A stretch of DNA of 64,000 nt, taken from IMG/VR virus record IMGVR_UViG_3300017963_000003, positions 128,261 through 192,260 of that record; one strand, given 5' to 3'. Position numbers and translations under genes: made by a program. The notes under the pieces are model-generated. The model did not search any database. It was not told where the DNA came from and saw nothing but the letters and a program-made list of their open reading frames with translations. The DNA comes from a virus. This document shows, one piece after another, positions 53,813-62,616 of this stretch (its first letter is position 1; each line of letters starts with the position of its first letter).

Positions 53813-54666
53813 TACTTCTTGGCGTTGGACGGCGACAGCATCTTCGGCACCACCGACACCCACTTCTCGCCGTACTCACCGAAGTACGACTTCCAGTAGT
53901 CAGCAGCTGCCTCGTCGACACCGTTCTTGCGGAGCCACTCGCGGGCAAGGTCGGCCCGGACGCGCTTCTTGACCTCCCGCACCAGCTCCTCACCATACGG
54001 TCCGTAGTAGCTGGCCCAGTACGCCTGAGCCTTCTCGTCGGCCGCCATGCGGTGCGATCCGGGCTCGATGTAGCCCGAGAGGACCTCAGCTACCCGCGCC
54101 ACCACTTCGTCCTTGGCCGCCGTCTTGGCCTGATCACCCTGCTTGAGGTACATCACGGCAGCCCGAACATCCCCGCGAGGAACATCTGCGAGTTGGTCCA
54201 GGATGTCCGCCGTGACCATGAACGGGAGGTTGAGGTACTTCGACGCCAACCGCACCTTGATCCCCTGCGCGACAGACTGCCTGGCGTGATCGATGTGCTC
54301 AGCGCCGAACGCCCTGCGAAGCTCTTCCCACGAGTAGACACGCGGAGCTTCGTTGCTGCGATCAGCCGCGTTGAACCGCCGAGCCACACCCTCCGGGATC
54401 TCACTGATCAGCGTCGGGTCGTCGACCATGTCAGCACCGAACAGACCCAAGTAAGCCGCGCACTTCTCCGCAGCGATACGCCGCGAAAGGTCAGAAGAAG
54501 CGTTCCTGCGCTCTTCGTCGACCCCTTCGAACTTCTCAGCCTCCAGTTTGTTGCGGCGCACCTGGGGTACGCCGCGCTCGTCGGCCTGCGCGCTCCACAT
54601 GTGATGCGCACGACGAGGCGCCTGCCGGCCCTCGCCCTCCCCGTTGTTCCTGCGCTGCGTATACAT
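53812..54666 (-). CDS. Hypothetical protein with two YWxxYxGxYG modules
   Basis: ATG 54666 with GGAG RBS. Confidence 0.75.
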   Translation of the reverse strand: MYTQRRNNGEGEGRQAPRRAHHMWSAQADERGVPQVRRNKLEAEKFEGVDEERRNASSDLSRRIAAEKCAAYLGLFGADMVDDPTLISEIPEGVARRFNAADRSNEAPRVYSWEELRRAFGAEHIDHARQSVAQGIKVRLASKYLNLPFMVTADILDQLADVPRGDVRAAVMYLKQGDQAKTAAKDEVVARVAEVLSGYIEPGSHRMAADEKAQAYWASYYGPYGEELVREVKKRVRADLAREWLRKNGVDEAAADYWKSYFGEYGEKWVSVVPKMLSPSNAKK

Positions 54667-54683
54667 CGTCCTTCTCCTCCAGC

Positions 54684-55010
54684 CTAGTAATAGGTGTGAG
54701 TCCAAGTATCCGGCTCTGCCGGGCCACCACCAACCTGTTGGTAGTTGTACCCGTACTCGGTCTTGAGCCGCTGATCCTCTTTCTCCTTGCGCCTATCGTC
54801 CAACCACGACTTGAGCAACTTCGCTATTGCAGCAAGCTTCCAGTCCAGGCTTCCGATAGCAACCACCTCCAAGGCGTTGGCCGCACCCTCCAAGAGGTTC
54901 GACCAGTACGAGTTCTCCAGAGGATTCCCAGCTACCTTCCGGAAAGCAAGCATGTCAAGGCCTGCTCTCTTAATAACGCTCGCCAGGAATTTTTCATCCT
55001 CTGGTCTCAT
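54684..55010 (-). CDS. Hypothetical protein
   Basis: ATG 55010; upstream TTTTAGAAT. Confidence 0.6.
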   Translation of the reverse strand: MRPEDEKFLASVIKRAGLDMLAFRKVAGNPLENSYWSNLLEGAANALEVVAIGSLDWKLAAIAKLLKSWLDDRRKEKEDQRLKTEYGYNYQQVGGGPAEPDTWTHTYY

Positions 55011-55061
55011 GATGAGTATACTATACAACAGGCTAATTGGGGATTCTAAAATTGGTGAGAT

Positions 55062-55949
55062 TTAGATGATCGCCGCAGACTTACCCTGATCGGCCATCAG
55101 CTTCTCGGCGTGCACGGAGCCCTCGTTGGTCAGCATCATCTGCTGAGAATCCTTATCGTCGAACCTAAGCAGGTCGGGATGCCGGTAGACTTCCCTCCGC
55201 GTGTTGTTCTTCCTCGCGGGCTTGCCCTCGTTGGTCAAAATGCGTTGACGCAAATCACCTACGTCTGCACGACCACCCATCTCGTGGAGGGCCAAGAGGA
55301 GCTTGTCGAAGAAAGACAAACCGCTCCGAGCAGGTGTCTTTTTCTTCCGGGCGGTACGCTTACGGACCGGGAGAACTTGGTGCAGATCGAAATAGATCGG
55401 ACGCAAGCGTGACGCCTTGATCGGGTCAGGTACGAGAGCATACTTGTCGTCAGATATCTGCTCGATCTTGGGCATCCCCCGCATCAAGGACTGCACCACG
55501 TCCACGGGAGCGTTCGTCATGATCAGATCACCCTCAAGGGCGTTGATGCACGCGCAGTAGCGCTTGGACCTGATCTTCTTCAGCACGTAGTCGTGCCGGG
55601 TATACGAGGACCGACGGATATCGAGCAGGTAGCACTTACCCCTAAGACCGTTCTTACAGATGTGCTGGCGTCGGAACTCCTGAAAGGAGAGGTTGAAGTA
55701 GCGCCGAATCCAGTGGTAGATGGTGACGAAGCTCACCCCAATGTAGGCCGCCATACCCTCGGCGCTCCGGAAGGTGCTGGCCTGTAGGAGAATGTCCTTG
55801 ATCGGTGCGTCGTGATCAGCCTGCGCCACCAACACCCGGTAAGAGTGCTCATCGCGACACTGACCGCAGAAGTAGTATCCCTTGATCGGGCGCTTCAACC
55901 TCGCGCTCGGGATCAACTTTCCGCAATAGGGAGTGTCGCACTGCTGCAT
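55062..55949 (-). CDS. Zn-finger plus HTH putative transcription regulator
   Basis: CxxxxC/CxxC; AEGMAAYIGVSFVTIYHW helix-turn-helix; possible C-terminal winged helix. Confidence 0.6.
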   Translation of the reverse strand: MQQCDTPYCGKLIPSARLKRPIKGYYFCGQCRDEHSYRVLVAQADHDAPIKDILLQASTFRSAEGMAAYIGVSFVTIYHWIRRYFNLSFQEFRRQHICKNGLRGKCYLLDIRRSSYTRHDYVLKKIRSKRYCACINALEGDLIMTNAPVDVVQSLMRGMPKIEQISDDKYALVPDPIKASRLRPIYFDLHQVLPVRKRTARKKKTPARSGLSFFDKLLLALHEMGGRADVGDLRQRILTNEGKPARKNNTRREVYRHPDLLRFDDKDSQQMMLTNEGSVHAEKLMADQGKSAAII

Positions 55950-55951
55950 GA

Positions 55952-56398
55952 TCAGCCCACCTGCACCTCGAAGTACGTCTTCAAGAAGTTGTCGAACCTC
56001 AACAGTTGATCGGGGATGTAGAGCTTACCCCCTTCACGGAACTCAACCATGTCCACGTAGGTGTGAAGCTCACGCTTGAACTTGTCCAAACGAACCGACG
56101 GAGCCTTGGGGTCGAAAATACGCTTCCCTTTCTTGACGTCCTCCTCGGTAACCGGCGCCGCCTCCATCGAAGGAAGCTCCTTCATCTCCCCCGGAACCGG
56201 CACCCCCAGCACCTCGTCGTAGAGATGGGTGCAGCCATCATGGTCGTGCATCTCTACCCGCTTCATCATCGACTGGAACGTCTCCAAGGTCATCCTGTCC
56301 TCGGGTTCCCCAATCGGAGGAGTGTCCCCCGGACACCTCCCCGTAGCCTTGATGTGATCGACGGCCCACTCAGCCCACGTCCGCAGTTTCTCCCTCAT
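55952..56398 (-). CDS. Hypothetical protein
   Basis: ORF track. Confidence 0.65.
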   Translation of the reverse strand: MREKLRTWAEWAVDHIKATGRCPGDTPPIGEPEDRMTLETFQSMMKRVEMHDHDGCTHLYDEVLGVPVPGEMKELPSMEAAPVTEEDVKKGKRIFDPKAPSVRLDKFKRELHTYVDMVEFREGGKLYIPDQLLRFDNFLKTYFEVQVG

Positions 56399-57707
56399 TG
56401 ACCCACCTCACGTTGTCGAGCATGCTCTCGAACATCTCATCCGAGCCGGGCTCGACGTTGAACATCTCCTGATACTTGCGCAGCGCCAACTGCTGCATGA
56501 ACTCCCGGTACACCGCCCCCTTGAAGCACTCAACGAAGTCCGCCTCTTTCTTGACTCCGACGGCCTCCATGGCGGCCTTCTTGGACCCCAGCTGCTGGAC
56601 CTGAGCATCCGCCATGCGCGACATCTGGATGTGCAACCACTCCTGGGGAAGCGGGGGTATCGTCGAATGGCGCATGATCTGATCGATCACCTGGTTGGCC
56701 ACGGTACTCCGAAGGGCGCCGTCAACCTGCTTGGCGTAGTCCTCCTCGAAACGCTCACGGAACGCCTCCAGATCGTCGAACCCGCCATCCTTAGCCAGCT
56801 CGTCGTCAACCCCCGGAGTACTGATCTGCTGCAAGCCGTGAACCTTGATCGTAGCCGAGACAGGCTTTCCGGCGTGCTCGGGATCATGCTTACTCGCAGG
56901 GAACTCGCACTCGAACAGATCACCTACCTTGTGACCCATGAGGTGCCCACGCAACTCCTCGATGGGTATCCCGGCGATCTCGACCCACTGGCGCTGGAAG
57001 GTCCCGTTGAGGTACACCTCCCCGTCTACGCTAGCCGTGATGTCCAGGCACGCGCTGCTCTCTGCCCCGATCACCCCATCGGGATCATCCGTCAGCGTAC
57101 GGAATTGACGCTGAAGCTCCTTGAGTCGTTGATCGTACATCTCGCTCTTCGGAACGATCTGCGGCTTCTTGATCGCCCAGTTGATCTCGCCGCTCATCTT
57201 GAGGCTCGGCGTGAAGTAGACCACCGTTACCAGCTGAGGTGACTTATCGGGCTGGAAATCGAACAGCTCCATCCCGTCGAAGAACAGGATGTCGTCCTCG
57301 ATCTTCTCGCTCACGAGCTTCGTCAGTAGATCACCGTAGACGCGCTTCAGGGGGTAGCGCTGCTCCACCATCTTCCGGGCACCGAGTATCTTACCGCCCT
57401 TGGCCTTCTTCCCCTTCACCTTGAGGGCGCCGACGATGCGATCCTCGTTCTCGCGCCAGTACTCGTCCATCTGCTTGCGCAGATCATCGTACCTGAACCA
57501 GATGACCACGCGGTACGGAGGAGCCAGGGGTTCGATCACGGGCTCCCTGAGGGGGATCTCCCCCAGCTCCCCCTTCTCCATCTGATCCTGGAGCTTTCGG
57601 TCGATGTCGGCGGTATCCACGAGTACGGCGTCCTCGGGGATGCTGGACTCAGGTTGATCGACTGAGGTGTCTTCGGACGGTGAGTTCTGTTCGTGGTTCT
57701 CCGACAT
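56370..57707 (-). CDS. tig: Trigger-factor homolog
   Basis: FKBP-like ITASVDG...LMGHKVGD...HAGKPVSATIKVHGL and C-domain PGVDDELAKDGGFDDLEAFRERF. Confidence 0.8.
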   Translation of the reverse strand: MSENHEQNSPSEDTSVDQPESSIPEDAVLVDTADIDRKLQDQMEKGELGEIPLREPVIEPLAPPYRVVIWFRYDDLRKQMDEYWRENEDRIVGALKVKGKKAKGGKILGARKMVEQRYPLKRVYGDLLTKLVSEKIEDDILFFDGMELFDFQPDKSPQLVTVVYFTPSLKMSGEINWAIKKPQIVPKSEMYDQRLKELQRQFRTLTDDPDGVIGAESSACLDITASVDGEVYLNGTFQRQWVEIAGIPIEELRGHLMGHKVGDLFECEFPASKHDPEHAGKPVSATIKVHGLQQISTPGVDDELAKDGGFDDLEAFRERFEEDYAKQVDGALRSTVANQVIDQIMRHSTIPPLPQEWLHIQMSRMADAQVQQLGSKKAAMEAVGVKKEADFVECFKGAVYREFMQQLALRKYQEMFNVEPGSDEMFESMLDNVRWVNEGETADVG

Positions 57708-58134
57708 ACTGGATGTCCCCTTTCGTGATCCTCTGAACGGTCATCTTGCAGATCAACCTATCGTCTGCGAGGATGGCCGACGCCCTTGCTCCTCTAACCC
57801 CTTTCACCTTGATCCCCTGCATGGCGTCACAGACTATCGCAGGTAAGTTGTCCAGATCAGGTTCATGGGCTCTCTCTACATAAAATACAAGATCAACCTC
57901 AACGGGATAATCAATCGGCAACCTACCCCCCTGACGACGGTACTGGGTATAGAGTAGGTTGGACATCCGATCACGAGCGTTACTCATCTCCGTAGAGTGC
58001 CCCACGAAAGCCCCGGTACGAGCCTTGGGGTTGCGGTACATGATGATCAAGTTGTTCTTCTGCACCCAGGGTTTGCCGGGAACCCGGAAAAAGTACGACT
58101 CTATTGGGATTTTTATGGGGCGAGGGTACGTCAT
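57649..58134 (-). CDS. rusA: RusA-like Holliday junction resolvase
   Basis: PGKPWVQKN; PDLDNL..VCDAMQG...DDRLI. Confidence 0.8.
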   Translation of the reverse strand: MTYPRPIKIPIESYFFRVPGKPWVQKNNLIIMYRNPKARTGAFVGHSTEMSNARDRMSNLLYTQYRRQGGRLPIDYPVEVDLVFYVERAHEPDLDNLPAIVCDAMQGIKVKGVRGARASAILADDRLICKMTVQRITKGDIQYVGEPRTELTVRRHLSRST

Positions 58135-58388
58135 CTACAGAGGAATCGTCGTATGATCTCCATCACCTTCTCGTCGTGAGAAAGCCACAGATGCTTTACC
58201 ACGAAATCCCGCTGCTCCGCACCTTCGAAAAATAATTGAGAAACGTACTGGCCAGCAAAAGGTCCACTGAGAAGGACGATATCCTCGCCCTCTACCTGGT
58301 ACTCCACCTTCTCTACCTTGCGAGCCTGACGAGCAGCCTTCTGCCCGGCCTTCTCGCGGCGTACCATGCTGGCCGGTCCACCCATCAC
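58131..58388 (-). CDS. Small hypothetical protein (exodeoxyribonuclease X C-terminal-like)
   Basis: GPFAGQYVSQL motif. Confidence 0.55.
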   Translation of the reverse strand: MMGGPASMVRREKAGQKAARQARKVEKVEYQVEGEDIVLLSGPFAGQYVSQLFFEGAEQRDFVVKHLWLSHDEKVMEIIRRFLCR

Positions 58389-58840
58389 GGTACCGGACGG
58401 AGGGCTCTCTGCGCGTCCTGCGCGTTCGGGATAACGATCCCGGACTCCTTGGAGCGCAAGTCGAGGATGGCCCTCTCGTACTCCTGAACCAGACGCTTGT
58501 CATTGGTCCGGTCAGACCTGAGGTAGTAGACAGACTCCGGCTGGAGAAAGTGGAAAGGCAGTACCCCTACCATGTGAAAGATCGGAGCCATCATGGGCTG
58601 GACCCCTGCGGGAACCCCCTCGGAGGTATGCTGAACCCCCTCAGCGTACATCAAGGGTAGGAAAACTTCCTGCAACCCAGACTCGCAGAGGTTGGCCATG
58701 GAGCCGATCAGAGCACGTCCTGCCGATGTCGTGATGAGCACCATCACGGTACCCTTGGCCTCCGGCAGCGGGCTCTCGATGCCCTCCATGGCGAACTCCT
58801 GTTTGAGCCAGCCCAAAAAGTCGTTCTTCTCTTCTTCCAC
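58385..58840 (-). CDS. Hypothetical protein
   Basis: ORF track; ends in GIVIPNA. Confidence 0.7.
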   Translation of the reverse strand: MEEEKNDFLGWLKQEFAMEGIESPLPEAKGTVMVLITTSAGRALIGSMANLCESGLQEVFLPLMYAEGVQHTSEGVPAGVQPMMAPIFHMVGVLPFHFLQPESVYYLRSDRTNDKRLVQEYERAILDLRSKESGIVIPNAQDAQRALRPVP

Positions 58841-58841
58841 T

Positions 58842-60899
58842 TCACACCTCCAGTACGGTCATGCCATTCGTTTTGCGGGCCGTCCACACCTCGTTGAACT
58901 CCATCAGGTTGCTCACGTGACCCGAGTTATCCGTAACCAGTGTCGTGCCCGCCACGACGTCCTTGAAGCTCTCTGCGAGCCGCTGAGAGTTGCTCGCGTC
59001 CACGAAGGAGAAGATCTCGTCCAGCAGTACAAGGTTGCACCCATGTCCCGCACTGGTAGCCAAATCGTGCAGGGCACGAATCAAGGCATTCGAGATCTTC
59101 GAAGTCTCCCCATCCGAGTACAAGCGGGGATCGATGTTCTTTCCCCCGTCGACGACCTCTACCTTGATCTCCGACTTGAGCAGGTCTTTGACGTCCCCTG
59201 CCCCCTTGCCAGACTTCTTCTCTCGGAAACTGCTCAGGTTGACACGTACGGTATCCCCCATCTCCGAAAGGTACCGATTCACGAGTTCCGACAAATGGGA
59301 CATCGCCACCGACATCCGGTGCAGCTTCACGAACGGTATGTTGGAGATCAACCACTCCATGACGGATAGGTCGGCAAGGTCCCCCTCGATGGCCTGCTTC
59401 AGCTCGCTCACTGATTTCTTCCGATCTTCGATCTTCTGCGCCACCGACTGAACCTCTTCCTCCTTCGCCTTCGCCTCCCGCAGATAACCCTCCGTCTGGA
59501 GGATCTTATGAGATAGCGCAGAGGCTTCCGACTGGAGAACGCGAATAGCGGCGTTAGCCTCCTGAACACGACCAGAGAGCCTCTCGTACTCCAAACTGCT
59601 CTCCTGCAACTTGGTGTTCAGCGCATCCAGTTGGGAACGAAGACGGTCGGCCTCCGCAAGACGCTCACGGTACTTCTGATCTCGGGCTTTGCTGACTTGG
59701 TCCTGGGCCTGCTGCTGAGCGTACACGGCCTTCTCGTGTGCCTGACGGGACTCCTCTACCCGCTTCTCCAGGTCAGCAACCTTCTGGAGATGCGCGGTCT
59801 TCTTCTCCTCGCTCAGGAGAGCCCCGCATGTCGGACACTCGTCCTGGGACCAAAAACGGTCTTGGCCAGAATGTACACGCAGCTCAGCAAGAAGAGTATC
59901 CATGGCGGACCGGGTGTCCTGGACAGCCTGAGCATACGACTGGTCTACCTGGGGCAGACTGCTGTCGATGAACGCAGGGTTGCGTAGCGCCCCCTCCCTG
60001 ACCGAGAGGTCCGAGATCTCCTGAGAGATGGTACCGGAGCCGGTCTGCTCGTACGCAACGTGCTGCTCCTCAACAAGAGCTTGAAGCTCCTCGCTCTTCT
60101 GCTGCACCTCTGCGTTCTTGGCCTTGACTTCCGTGTCGAGCTGTACCAGAGCACCCGTGTACTGCGCCACCAAGTCGGGCCAGTTAGCCTCAACGAGCTG
60201 CGCGTGCTGAGCCTCCATCGACGACAGCGCACCCTCGTCGTAAGAGATGCGCTGCTGGGTCTCGCTGATCTCCCTCTGCCGAGTATTTTTCTCATTGCGA
60301 CAGTTGATCAGAATCCGGTCCCACTCCTCAACCCCAGTAACCCCGGCCAAGATGTCAACGCGCTCTTTGTTCGAACCCCGGAGGAAGCGCGAGCCTGTTC
60401 TGTGGCTGAGGTAGGCGATGGAGAGAAACCGACTGTAAGTGATCCCCAGTGCGGCCAACACGGTTTTCCTCGTCGCGACCATCGAGTCCGCGCGAGCGTC
60501 CTTCCAGCCCTCGCCGTCGAAACGATCCAGAAACAGCGCGGTGCCTTTATAAGCGGCCTTGGTGTCGTTATCGACAGGGTAGTAGTCTTCCTTCCACCCT
60601 CGACAATAGGTGACCCTGTAGTAGACGCCCTCCCAAGAGACGAACTCAACCCGTCCAGCGAACCCGAAGTCCATCACCTGATTGACGACTTCGTTACCAG
60701 AAACGCCTGTAGGGTTTTCCCCGAACAGGATCTCGCACAGCGCGTTGAAGAGCGACGACTTGCCGGCACCGTTAGAGTCACCTCCAGTATCGTCGTTGAC
60801 ACCCACCAGGTTCACCAAGCCTCGACGCTCAACGTCGATGTTCGAACATCGACCGTAGGAGAACATCCCCGTGGGATTGATGTAGCGAATCTTCAGCAA
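58842..60899 (-). CDS. sbcC: SbcC/Rad50/gp46-like ATPase
   Basis: Walker A NGAGKSS, coiled coil, Zn hook CPTCG, variant signature YSDGE, Walker B LLDEIF. Confidence 0.9.
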   Translation of the reverse strand: MLKIRYINPTGMFSYGRCSNIDVERRGLVNLVGVNDDTGGDSNGAGKSSLFNALCEILFGENPTGVSGNEVVNQVMDFGFAGRVEFVSWEGVYYRVTYCRGWKEDYYPVDNDTKAAYKGTALFLDRFDGEGWKDARADSMVATRKTVLAALGITYSRFLSIAYLSHRTGSRFLRGSNKERVDILAGVTGVEEWDRILINCRNEKNTRQREISETQQRISYDEGALSSMEAQHAQLVEANWPDLVAQYTGALVQLDTEVKAKNAEVQQKSEELQALVEEQHVAYEQTGSGTISQEISDLSVREGALRNPAFIDSSLPQVDQSYAQAVQDTRSAMDTLLAELRVHSGQDRFWSQDECPTCGALLSEEKKTAHLQKVADLEKRVEESRQAHEKAVYAQQQAQDQVSKARDQKYRERLAEADRLRSQLDALNTKLQESSLEYERLSGRVQEANAAIRVLQSEASALSHKILQTEGYLREAKAKEEEVQSVAQKIEDRKKSVSELKQAIEGDLADLSVMEWLISNIPFVKLHRMSVAMSHLSELVNRYLSEMGDTVRVNLSSFREKKSGKGAGDVKDLLKSEIKVEVVDGGKNIDPRLYSDGETSKISNALIRALHDLATSAGHGCNLVLLDEIFSFVDASNSQRLAESFKDVVAGTTLVTDNSGHVSNLMEFNEVWTARKTNGMTVLEV

Positions 60900-61190
60900 C
60901 TACCCCTCCAGAGAACCCGAAATACGCCGAAGGACAGTCTCGTCCTCATAAGCGTCGTACATGTCATCGATCAGATCGCAAACGATGCGCTTCACACTCT
61001 CCCGACTTCCCAAAACCCCCACGGAATCAGCATGTAGCTTGCAAATAGGGGTTCCTGTTAGGCGCTGATAGACGACATGCCCCTCCGACCACAACACGCG
61101 GCACTCCGGGACCACAGCAAGTGCAGCAACAAGTGTTCCGTCGGGAACATTCTGCCCGCAGAGAGATACCTTGCCCTCCTGCCGACTCAT
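60900..61190 (-). CDS. Small hypothetical protein
   Basis: ATG 61190, coupled to the upstream stop. Confidence 0.55.
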   Translation of the reverse strand: MSRQEGKVSLCGQNVPDGTLVAALAVVPECRVLWSEGHVVYQRLTGTPICKLHADSVGVLGSRESVKRIVCDLIDDMYDAYEDETVLRRISGSLEG

Positions 61191-61375
61191 CAGAGGCCAC
61201 CTTGATCGTGGTACTTCCACCGCTGACAGTTGTTCTTGAGGTTGGCGTCTCTGACAAGCTTCCCTCCGCAGGAAGAACACTCCTCCGTGTGAACCTCGGG
61301 CTGCTCCTCGGTGTCGTTGAAAAGATGCTCCTCAACGCTACCACACACCTCACACTTGTAGTCAGTGAGCTTCAT
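61190..61375 (-). CDS. FmdB-like zinc ribbon protein
   Basis: DYKCEVCG...EECSSCGGKL. Confidence 0.75.
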   Translation of the reverse strand: MKLTDYKCEVCGSVEEHLFNDTEEQPEVHTEECSSCGGKLVRDANLKNNCQRWKYHDQGGL

Positions 61376-61513
61376 CAGGCTGCTCCTTCTTACCGGACAC
61401 GACTAGAGGGGCATCACTCCCGAGTTCGTACACGGCACCCTCCTTGTCGTAAACCTTAGTACCGACGGCGGTGCCGTCAGACACGATACGAATCGAACCA
61501 CGTGCGGGTTTCA

Positions 61514-62614
61514 TCACGCCTCCTGCATGCGCTTCACCATCTCAAAGATCTTGTCAGAAGACATCGTCCCCAAGTTGACAAAGTCGCTCTTCAAATACAG
61601 CTCCAGGTCATCGAAAACACTCGACGATGCGCTAAGGTCAACAACGGCTTCGCTCTGCTCGACCTCGTAGTCACGAATGAGATCGAAACTGCGAGCACCG
61701 AGAACATTGAGGTAGTTGGACCACCTCTTGTCATCCGCTACCCGATCAACGTTGCGCCGGTTCCCCGTCAATCGGACCTCGACGGCCTGATCGCTCACGA
61801 AGGTCTCGTCGACACGAATGTCCTCGAATTGAGTATCGTCGAGAACCTGCCAGACTTCCCGATGAAAGAAGTTACGCGTCGGTACGAACTGGGTCGTGAC
61901 CTCGTAGCCGTCCCCCTCCGGCTGTACTGCCACTTCCAGCCACCCACGAGGTCTATCCGCGTCGGCACGAGTGCGCTGCACAACGGAACCCGTGTAGCCG
62001 CCCCGTGTGTTGGTGAACGGTATCGTCTGGGGGACATGGATGTCGCCGCCGAGCACGAAATCAAACTCTGACCGGTCGATCTGGGTAACGTCGATCCCGT
62101 CCTCGAACGTACGGTCTGAACCGTCCGCCATCAACGACCCCTTCACGATGCCATGGAACAGGAAGAGGTTGAAGTCTTCTGGACGGTCAAAAGCATATGC
62201 GCTCTCATCGAACGGCACGTCAGCCGGGAGGGCATGGATCATGTAGCCCCTCCCCAGAGAATCGATACTATCCGCCTCGTCCAGAACCACAAGGTTACCC
62301 AACCCCTTGAGCGACTCAGACGTGTGCCACTCCCGGTTGTTCTTGGTCCAATCGTGATTGCCGATGAGGTGGTAGTGCGGCGCGTTCGGTCTCATCTGGA
62401 GGCACTCAGCCAGTACCCGGTCAGCCCTGACCTTCACCTCATCCTCGGGTTCGCGCTTGAGGTACCTATCCCCGGTGAACACCGAAAAATCGAACCCTCC
62501 CTGAGCGACCCTGTGATGGATCTGGCGCTCGACCGTCAGAGTATCGTCCAAGGTGACGCAACGAGCGGCCCGTCGATCATGATGGATGTCCCCGTACGCT
62601 ATGAATCTCAGCAC
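61514..62614 (-). CDS. sbcD: SbcD/Mre11/gp47-like metallophosphoesterase nuclease
   Basis: GDIH, TGD, GNHD, FHG, GDIH motifs; YTGS. Confidence 0.88.
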   Translation of the reverse strand: MLRFIAYGDIHHDRRAARCVTLDDTLTVERQIHHRVAQGGFDFSVFTGDRYLKREPEDEVKVRADRVLAECLQMRPNAPHYHLIGNHDWTKNNREWHTSESLKGLGNLVVLDEADSIDSLGRGYMIHALPADVPFDESAYAFDRPEDFNLFLFHGIVKGSLMADGSDRTFEDGIDVTQIDRSEFDFVLGGDIHVPQTIPFTNTRGGYTGSVVQRTRADADRPRGWLEVAVQPEGDGYEVTTQFVPTRNFFHREVWQVLDDTQFEDIRVDETFVSDQAVEVRLTGNRRNVDRVADDKRWSNYLNVLGARSFDLIRDYEVEQSEAVVDLSASSSVFDDLELYLKSDFVNLGTMSSDKIFEMVKRMQEA

Positions 62615-62616
62615 AG

